DNA of 64,000 bases. It comes from Candidatus Marinacidobacterales bacterium. Its GTDB lineage: Bacteria; Acidobacteriota; Vicinamibacteria; Marinacidobacterales; SMYC01. The stretch lies in assembly GCA_965237955.1 (NCBI GenBank), contig OZ250169.1, positions 768,001 to 832,000 of the forward strand, in the 5' to 3' direction. This document shows positions 56,815 to 64,000 of this stretch, in pieces (position 1 is the stretch's first letter; the number at the start of each line of letters is the position of its first letter). Both the position numbers and the translations under genes were made by a program. The notes beneath the pieces were generated by a model that did no database searches, was not told where the DNA came from, and saw only the letters and a list, made by a program, of their open reading frames with translations.

Positions 56815-59465
56815 AGGAACCACACTACACCTATGCTCGGTTCTGGAAATGCGCCCTACAGGTTAATTCGCACGGTTACAGCGCGAACTATCGAGGGCAA
56901 GACCACGGCATGGATGCGAGCGCCTACGCCGAGGTGCTGCGGGACGTCTGTCTGGAAGAGGATATCCAGGTCGTAGGCCTTGCGGACCACGGTAGCGTCG
57001 AGGAGTCAGAGATAGTTCGCAAGGTGCTAGTGCAGCCCGGGATTGTGGTATTCCCCGGCTTCGAGGTGGCTACATCCGAGAAGGTGCACTGGGTATGCCT
57101 CTTCCCGGAGGAAACAACCTACCGTCAGTTGGAAGACTATTTGGTGCACCTAGGAAAACTTCACCGGGATGGTGCCGAGGAGAGGGCGCGCCCAGTAGAC
57201 CTAACCGGACAGCAACTGTTGTTCAAGGTGGCCGAGCTGCAGGGCTTCTGTTATGGGGCGCACGTCACATTGAACAATGGGCTACTCAAGGGGAAATTCA
57301 ACAATCTCTGGCGTGATGCCAAGCTGCGAGCAGCCCAGATCTCTGGAAAGATTACCGATCTTCCTCAAGCATATAAGCCTATCGTGCTGAATCAAAATCC
57401 CGACTACAAGCGCGACCATCCGGTGGCCTTGATCAACGCCAAGGATGTAGCGAAACCCGAAGATCTGCATGATCCGCGTGCATCGAGCTTCATTAAGATG
57501 ACGCGCCCCTGTTTCGCGTCCTTCCTGATGGCCTTCAAAGATTCGGAATCACGGGTGCGATTGGCCGACGACCTGCAGGAGCACTTCTACAGCCAGATCG
57601 AGAGCATTTCTATCGAAGGGGGCTACTTCGATGGCCTGTCGGCTGAGGTCTCTGGCCACTTGAATGCCGTCATCGGGGGACGCGGCACCGGAAAATCCAC
57701 CTTGCTGGAGTGCGTGAGATACGCGCTGGACGTCCCCCACAAGGGTGAGGATGCGATCAAGCAGGGCGACCAGATTGTGAAGGAGAACCTCGGCAAGGCG
57801 GGTGGCCGGGTCATCCTGAAGCTGCGCTCCGCGGCGAGCCACATGAAACCCTACACGGTCATCCGCCGTTACGGAGAGCCGACACGGGTGATCGACGAGC
57901 ACGGCGATGAATCGCGCCTTCATCCCGGCAGGGACCTGCTCCCTGGTGTAGAGATCTACGGGCAGAACGAGATTTATGAGTTGGCGAAGAGTCCTGGCGC
58001 GCTCACGCGCGTGCTGGACCGCTTCTTGCCCGAAAGCGCGGAGCAACAGTCGCGCCTCGACTCGGCATACCACAAGCTCAGGGAAAACAGCGAGCGGCTG
58101 GCCAAGGCACAGGAGCAAAAGGATGAAGTCGAGACGCAGATTGCACAGTTGCCGAAGCTTGAGGAGCAGGTGAGGCAATTCAAAGAGCAGGGACTGGAAG
58201 AGAAACTGAAGCAGGTGCCACTGCTGGAGAAGGAGCGGCAGCTGGGTCCGAGGATCCTTGAGGAGGCGAAGCGCACGCGCGCCGGTCAACGGCAGTTCGA
58301 GGAATCGCTGCCCGATCTGGTGTTCCTGAGCGACACGGTACTGGAAAGCTTGCCGCATGCCGAATTGCTCCAAAGCGGACGACAGCTCCTAGAAAATCTC
58401 GCTGCTACGTTGCGCCAGACACTTGGGGAGACCGACAAGGCCGTCGGTGAAGCCGAAACAGCACTCACCGTTCTTGTTGGGGAGCTTGGAAAGGCGCTGG
58501 AAACCTCCGAGGCGCAACTTGAGAAGGAGTTCGCCAAGCTGCCGGCAGTGGCGGGCAAGGATGGCAAGGAGATTGGGCGTGCCTACCAACGGCTGTTGCG
58601 CAAAATTGAGCAGGTAAGACCGGCACAGACGCGCATGAAGACAGTGGACACCCTCGTTAAGGAGCTGGAGCAGGCGCGTCGCAATCTGTTGGGGGAAATC
58701 TCGGATATCCGTAGCGCTCGCACTGGTGCAAAGCAGAAGGCGGTCAAGGGGCTCAATACGCGTCTTGCGGGCAAGCTGCGGATCACGATTGAGCTGGATG
58801 GCTTGCGTCAGCCGTTACGGGACTTCCTGCAAGGCTTGCCGGGCGTCGGGGACAGCAAGACCAAATGGGTAGATGAGGCACAGGACATGACCGTCATGGG
58901 TCTGGTCGCGGCCATTCGGGAGGGAAAGGATATGCTCCTGAGCAAGGGATGGGCTTTGACGTCCGGCCTTGCCGAGACTCTGAATCGGATGACGCCCGCA
59001 CAGCGCTATGCGTTGGAAGCCATCGACCTTGAAGATCGGGTGAGCCTCGAGCTCAACGTATCCCACACTGGCGCGCAGTATCGGTCCCTGGATCGCCTGT
59101 CTAGCGGGCAACAGTGCACGGCCATCCTGCACGTGTTGCTCCTCGACAACCCGGATCCTCTGATCATGGATCAGCCGGAGGACAACCTCGACAATGCCTT
59201 CATTGCCGAACGCATCGTGCAAGAGTTGCGCACCGCGAAAACGGAGCGGCAGTTCTTGTTCGCGACTCACAACGCCAACATCCCCGTCTTCGGCGATGCG
59301 GAGTGGATCGGAGTGTGCTCTGCCTCCGAGGACCGTGCCGAAATGCCGGTCGAGGCCCAAGGGTCCATCGACATTCCAGCGATTCGCGATCAGGTGGCGA
59401 GCATCTTGGAGGGCGGCAAGGAGGCCTTCATGCAACGCAAAGAGAAATACGGGTTCGACTACTGA
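56811..59465 (+). CDS. PHP phosphoesterase-ABC ATPase fusion (TrlF/Ppl-like)
   Basis: CALQVNS, LADH, FPGFE, IGGRGTGKST, LSSGQ, MDQPED, FATHNAN. Confidence 0.85.
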   Translation: MKEPHYTYARFWKCALQVNSHGYSANYRGQDHGMDASAYAEVLRDVCLEEDIQVVGLADHGSVEESEIVRKVLVQPGIVVFPGFEVATSEKVHWVCLFPEETTYRQLEDYLVHLGKLHRDGAEERARPVDLTGQQLLFKVAELQGFCYGAHVTLNNGLLKGKFNNLWRDAKLRAAQISGKITDLPQAYKPIVLNQNPDYKRDHPVALINAKDVAKPEDLHDPRASSFIKMTRPCFASFLMAFKDSESRVRLADDLQEHFYSQIESISIEGGYFDGLSAEVSGHLNAVIGGRGTGKSTLLECVRYALDVPHKGEDAIKQGDQIVKENLGKAGGRVILKLRSAASHMKPYTVIRRYGEPTRVIDEHGDESRLHPGRDLLPGVEIYGQNEIYELAKSPGALTRVLDRFLPESAEQQSRLDSAYHKLRENSERLAKAQEQKDEVETQIAQLPKLEEQVRQFKEQGLEEKLKQVPLLEKERQLGPRILEEAKRTRAGQRQFEESLPDLVFLSDTVLESLPHAELLQSGRQLLENLAATLRQTLGETDKAVGEAETALTVLVGELGKALETSEAQLEKEFAKLPAVAGKDGKEIGRAYQRLLRKIEQVRPAQTRMKTVDTLVKELEQARRNLLGEISDIRSARTGAKQKAVKGLNTRLAGKLRITIELDGLRQPLRDFLQGLPGVGDSKTKWVDEAQDMTVMGLVAAIREGKDMLLSKGWALTSGLAETLNRMTPAQRYALEAIDLEDRVSLELNVSHTGAQYRSLDRLSSGQQCTAILHVLLLDNPDPLIMDQPEDNLDNAFIAERIVQELRTAKTERQFLFATHNANIPVFGDAEWIGVCSASEDRAEMPVEAQGSIDIPAIRDQVASILEGGKEAFMQRKEKYGFDY

Positions 59466-60721
59466 TGACCAAGTCCGAGTTGCTTGAACTGATTGTCAAT
59501 GGCGAGAACTCTGGGGTCGAGTTCAAGCGTGATGACCTGCGCCCCGAGCCGTTGGCAAAGGAGGTTGTGGCGCTCGCCAATTTCCAGGGCGGCCGCATCC
59601 TGCTCGGGGTCGATGATGACGGAACGATCACAGGGATACAGCGGCCCGATCTCGAACGCTGGGTGATGGACACGGTGTTCGGCCGCACCGTGCACCCTAT
59701 GATTCTCCCGTTCTACGAAGAGATCCAGGTTGACGAGCAGCATCGGGTTGCGGTCATCACGATCAGCCAAGGCGCGACCAAGCCGTATGTTGTGCGCTAT
59801 CACGGCCGAGAGGACATCTATATCCGTATCGGCAGTACCTCGCAGCTTGCCTCACGCGAACAGCAGGCGCGGTTATACGCGGACGGAGGCATGCTTCACG
59901 CGGAGCTGCTTCCCGCATCGGGTAGTAGTCTGCGCGATCTGAGTCTGGAACGGTTGACCGACTATCTTTCAACGATTGTTGGGGACAAGACGCTCCCAGC
60001 ATCCGACGAGGCATGGGGCGAGCGCCTGTGTGGTTTGGGTTTCATGGTTGAGCGCCAAGATGGCCCACCACTATGCACCATCGCAGGGCTGGTTCTTTTT
60101 GGCCACGCGCCGCGTCAGCTTCTGCGCCAGTCCGGCGTCCGCTGGATGGCGTTCGAAAGCGAGAACAAGAGCTACAAGGCACTGGATGACAGGTTGATCG
60201 ATGGGCCACTCGTCGCTCTTCGGAAAGAGTCTGCAGGTGTCGGAAGCGTCATCGCCGAGAATGGATTGGTCGAGAGTCTGGTGGATGCCATGCGGCCATT
60301 CGTCTCGGAGGAGGCCGCCGAGGTGGATGTGTCCATGCGCCGGGCGCGCCGTTGGCTGTATCCTGTGGAGGCGCTACGCGAAGCAATCGTGAATTCTCTC
60401 GCTCACCGTGACTGGACGCGCTACGAGGAGATCGAGGTCGCGCGATATGTCGATCGTCTTGAGGTTCTGAGCCCCGGTGCGCTCCAGAACACGATGACGG
60501 TGGAGAAGATGGTTGCCGGACAGCGTTCCGCGCGCAACCCGTTGATCGTCGAGATCCTGCGCGACTACGGCTACGTGGACGCGAGGGGTATGGGGGTGCG
60601 CAATAAGATCATTCCGCTCTTGTCTGAGCATAACGGAACAGAGCCGGATTTCATTGCGACCGAGGATCATCTCAGGGTCGTCATGCACAGAGGCCCAGCA
60701 CAATCAGTGGGTGAAAGCTGA
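59465..60721 (+). CDS. AlbA_2 (Schlafen-like) plus HATPase_c_4 protein
   Basis: GENSGVEFK, ALANFQGG..LGVDDDG, LREAIVNSLAHRDW, RNPLI. Confidence 0.85.
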   Translation: MTKSELLELIVNGENSGVEFKRDDLRPEPLAKEVVALANFQGGRILLGVDDDGTITGIQRPDLERWVMDTVFGRTVHPMILPFYEEIQVDEQHRVAVITISQGATKPYVVRYHGREDIYIRIGSTSQLASREQQARLYADGGMLHAELLPASGSSLRDLSLERLTDYLSTIVGDKTLPASDEAWGERLCGLGFMVERQDGPPLCTIAGLVLFGHAPRQLLRQSGVRWMAFESENKSYKALDDRLIDGPLVALRKESAGVGSVIAENGLVESLVDAMRPFVSEEAAEVDVSMRRARRWLYPVEALREAIVNSLAHRDWTRYEEIEVARYVDRLEVLSPGALQNTMTVEKMVAGQRSARNPLIVEILRDYGYVDARGMGVRNKIIPLLSEHNGTEPDFIATEDHLRVVMHRGPAQSVGES

Positions 60722-60722
60722 T

Positions 60723-63071
60723 ATGCAGTCGAGTACCCCAGTCACAACGGACAGCACCGTAATCGAGGCTCTCGTCCGTTCCCTGGAGATCGCGGCCAGG
60801 TACAACCCGAACGACGTCGTCCATCCAAATGTCGTGTTGTGGACCGATCACGATTCGCAGTGGCTGCCCATCATTCCCCAGCTCCGCCGTCTGGCACCGC
60901 AGCTGCTGACAATTGGCGACTACGAACCGAAGACCCGAACGGGTCCGGCGATCTGGCTGCGGTGTGTCTTGGACGGTGCGCTTGACGATCCAAAATTCCC
61001 CGAAGAAAAGACCCCGATCGTCTACCTGCCGGGTGTCAGCCGGCAGGAGCTCCGGGCGGTCCATGAGTGCCCTGACAGCCTCAAGCCGCTGGTGGAACTT
61101 CAATACCGCGGGGTCTGCTGGACCCAGAAGAATGGCAAGGACTGGACCGTCGAAGCCTTCCTGGTTGCTGAAAAAGGAGGCCTTGGTCTGGACGTAGCGC
61201 GTGATGCCGCTGCGCGGTGGTCGATGTTGGGCGCTTTGACGGAACTGGCGACTACCTCAGTGGAAAGGCTCAAAGGCAAGCATCTCGAGGCGGAGGACTT
61301 CGACAAGCTGTTCTCCGATGATCCTGCAAAGGACCTGTTGCTTTGGCTGAGCGACCCGGAGTCCGTGAGTTCTAGCTGGGATGGCGGTCGATGGAGCGCG
61401 TTTAAGTCGCGCTCCAAGGCCGAACTTAGGTTCGATCCAGAAAAGGACGGCGCGCTAGTGGCTGCGGAATGGCTCGGCCGGCGCGAAGGCCCGTGGGCAT
61501 CGGTGTGGGAGCGCTTTACCGAGTCGCCGGCGCTGTACCCGGGTGTACCTGAACTCTTACGCAAGGCGATGCCGAACGAATTATTTGTAGAGCCTTCCTC
61601 CTGGCCCCAGAACAATGAAAAGGATGAAACAGCACTACGGCAAGCCCTCCTCGCACTTCAAAACACCACCCCATCTGCGGCGAGGGGCCGGTTGCTCGAG
61701 CTGGAGAAGACCCACGGCGTGAGGCGCGAATGGGTCTGGGCAAAGCTCGCTCAGGCCCCGCTGGCCGGCGCGCTTGAACACTTGGCGGCGCTTGCTGAAC
61801 GCACCAACAGCAATCTCGGCGGGGCATCTGTAGCCGAAATGGCCAAGCTCTATGTAGATGCAGTCTGGGAGGTCGATGCTGCGGCACTTTCCTCCATGGC
61901 GACCGTGAAATCATCCGCGGATTCACAGGCCGTGGGTAAGGCGCTGAACGCCATCTACCGTCCCTGGCTGGAGTCGGCCGCCGAGCACCTGCAGGGACTG
62001 GCCGAGAAGGATCCACTACCTGATCACGATGGCCAGGGGTTGGAGGACCTGCTCGTCGAATTGGGTGGGCTGATCCTCTTTGTCGATGGGCTCCGGTTCG
62101 ATGTGTCGCAGCGCCTGGCAGAGAGCATGCGTGAGAAAAGCTGGTTGGTGACTATGTCGACTCGCTGGGCAGGCCTCCCGACAGTCACGGCAACCGCGAA
62201 ACCAGCGGTGTCACCGGTCACTAAAGAGATCAAAGGTCTGGCTCTCGGGGAAGATTTCCTGCCAGCGACTGCGGATGGAGGCCAACCTCTGACCACGAAC
62301 CGGTTCCGCAAGCTGCTGACCGCGGCCGGCTATCATTACCTCGGTTCGGATGAAACGGGCGACCCCTCTGTTCGCGCCTGGACCGAGAACGGAGAGTTCG
62401 ACAAGCTGGGACACTCACTGCAAGGCAAGCTCGCTGGCCAGGTCGAAGAGCAGGTGGAATTGCTGCTCGAACGCATCGAATCGCTTCTCGATGCCGGGTG
62501 GCGCGAGATCCGCGTTGTCACCGACCACGGCTGGTTGTGGCTCCCGGGCGGACTACCGAAGGTCGAACTTCCCAAGTACCTCACGGCGAGCCGCTGGGCT
62601 CGGTGTGCCGCGATCAAAGGCGGTTCCAAGGTCGAGGTGCCGACCGTGCGATGGCATTGGAATTCGCATGAACGTGTAGCCATTGCCCCCGGTATTGCGT
62701 GTTTCAGCACCGGCAACGAATACGCTCACGGCGGGTTGAGCCTCCAAGAGAGCCTGGTACCGATCATTCGGATTACCGTCGGCGAAGCAGCGAGCAAGAC
62801 GGCGGCGAAGGTGGCGCACGTCTCTTGGGCCGGATTGCGTTGCCGCATACAGATCCAGCCAGCCCAGCCAGGCCTCTCGGTGGATCTACGAACGAAGGCC
62901 AACGATCCAGGATCGAGCGTCAGCACAGTACGAAGGGTGGACGTCAAAGGCGCCGCTAGCCTTCTGGTTGTGGATGACGAGCTGGAGGGTACACTGGCAG
63001 CCGTGGTCGTGCTGGACGCAAGCGGCCATGCGATAGCGAAACAACCCACGATCATCGGGGGTGAGGATTGA
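60723..63071 (+). CDS. pglZ: BREX-1 phosphatase PglZ (type B)
   Basis: FVDGLRFD, LPTVTATAK, DKLGH, VTDHGW, YAHGGLSLQE. Confidence 0.92.
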   Translation: MQSSTPVTTDSTVIEALVRSLEIAARYNPNDVVHPNVVLWTDHDSQWLPIIPQLRRLAPQLLTIGDYEPKTRTGPAIWLRCVLDGALDDPKFPEEKTPIVYLPGVSRQELRAVHECPDSLKPLVELQYRGVCWTQKNGKDWTVEAFLVAEKGGLGLDVARDAAARWSMLGALTELATTSVERLKGKHLEAEDFDKLFSDDPAKDLLLWLSDPESVSSSWDGGRWSAFKSRSKAELRFDPEKDGALVAAEWLGRREGPWASVWERFTESPALYPGVPELLRKAMPNELFVEPSSWPQNNEKDETALRQALLALQNTTPSAARGRLLELEKTHGVRREWVWAKLAQAPLAGALEHLAALAERTNSNLGGASVAEMAKLYVDAVWEVDAAALSSMATVKSSADSQAVGKALNAIYRPWLESAAEHLQGLAEKDPLPDHDGQGLEDLLVELGGLILFVDGLRFDVSQRLAESMREKSWLVTMSTRWAGLPTVTATAKPAVSPVTKEIKGLALGEDFLPATADGGQPLTTNRFRKLLTAAGYHYLGSDETGDPSVRAWTENGEFDKLGHSLQGKLAGQVEEQVELLLERIESLLDAGWREIRVVTDHGWLWLPGGLPKVELPKYLTASRWARCAAIKGGSKVEVPTVRWHWNSHERVAIAPGIACFSTGNEYAHGGLSLQESLVPIIRITVGEAASKTAAKVAHVSWAGLRCRIQIQPAQPGLSVDLRTKANDPGSSVSTVRRVDVKGAASLLVVDDELEGTLAAVVVLDASGHAIAKQPTIIGGED

Positions 63072-63073
63072 AA

Positions 63074-64000
63074 GTGGAACTCGACCAACTCGACCGTCTC
63101 GCCGCGACGGCGTTTGAAGGCTACCTGGTCCGCAAGGATCTGGTACGCAAGTACAGCCGCCAATATCCGGTTCCGACATATGTGGTCGAGTTCTTGCTCG
63201 GGCGTTACTGCGCAAGCACGGACGAGCAGGAGATCGAGGAAGGGTTAACGATCGTCGAACGGCAGTTGGCGGATCGAACGGTAAGGACGGGCGAAGAGGA
63301 ACTTTTCAAAGCGAGGGCCCGTGATCAGGGATCCATCAAACTCATCGATATTGTCAGAGCGAAGCTGGATGCAAAGACTGACTCGTTCGTCGCGGAACTT
63401 CCAAGCCTCGCAATCAAAGATGTCCGCATCGACGACAGCCTCGTCAAGCAGCACGAACGCATGCTCACCGATGGTTTCTACGCCGAGGTCACTTTGAGCT
63501 ACGACGCTGCCATCGCCCAGGAGAAAGGTGGGCGGCCCTTCGCGATAGACAGCCTTCGAGCCATTCAGCTCTCAAAGGCAGATGTACTGGATACGCTCAA
63601 ACACGGACGCCACTATTTCTCCATTGAGGAGTGGAAACGCGTTCTGCTGCGTAGCGTTGGCCTGGAGCCGGCCGCGTTGTCGGAGCGTGCGCAACTGGTC
63701 GCGCTCGTCCGGATGGTGCCCTTCGTAGAGCGCAACTACAACATGGTCGAGTTGGGTCCACGCGGGACCGGCAAGAGCCACCTGTACCAGCAGATCTCCC
63801 CCTATGCACATCTGATCTCCGGTGGTAAGGCCACGGTGGCGAAGATGTTCGTAAACAATGCCAATGGCCAGCGTGGTTTGGTGTGTCAATACGATGTCGT
63901 CTGCTTCGATGAGATCTCCGGCGTGTCCTTTGATCAGAAAGACGGGCTAAACATTCTCAAGGGGTACATGGAATCCTGTGAATTCTCGCGCGGCAAGGAA
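63074..64000 (+). CDS. brxL: BREX Lon-like ATPase BrxL (runs off the window)
   Basis: Read manually from GTG 63074: LVRKDL..YPVPTYVVEFLLGRYC..ELGPRGTGKSH..YDVVCFDE. Confidence 0.9.
   Translation, partial: MELDQLDRLAATAFEGYLVRKDLVRKYSRQYPVPTYVVEFLLGRYCASTDEQEIEEGLTIVERQLADRTVRTGEEELFKARARDQGSIKLIDIVRAKLDAKTDSFVAELPSLAIKDVRIDDSLVKQHERMLTDGFYAEVTLSYDAAIAQEKGGRPFAIDSLRAIQLSKADVLDTLKHGRHYFSIEEWKRVLLRSVGLEPAALSERAQLVALVRMVPFVERNYNMVELGPRGTGKSHLYQQISPYAHLISGGKATVAKMFVNNANGQRGLVCQYDVVCFDEISGVSFDQKDGLNILKGYMESCEFSRGKE

Overview
This GC-rich bacterial accessory and defence island has two parts. Positions 1-48.4 kb are a dense mosaic of mobile DNA. The insertion sequences are two IS21, IS256, IS630, an IS3-like element, ISL3, IS110/IS1111, ISAzo13 and IS5/IS6 remnants. 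About 30 short termini of an rve (integrase-core) DDE transposon family separate blocks of cargo. The cargo includes: membrane protein-SpeD-like-DUF3326; an AbiJ-NTD4/HEPN gene split by an IS; PtuA/PtuB-like ATPase-HNH followed by a second SpeD-like gene; DUF2924 plus a large serine recombinase; hsp20-groES-groEL with a CIRCE operator; pyruvate kinase; NDT-fold, DUF4238/SEC-C and HEPN genes; and a cas3 HD remnant. Positions 48.5-64 kb hold a type 1-like BREX operon carrying an inserted PHP-ATPase and an AlbA_2-HATPase gene. The most notable signals are the rve-end-delimited cargo array without target-site duplications, the recurring SpeD-like(-DUF3326) module in a defence context, and an IS1111 whose bridge-RNA guides can be read directly against its target and donor. 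Family assignments come from motif recognition only; no database search was run.
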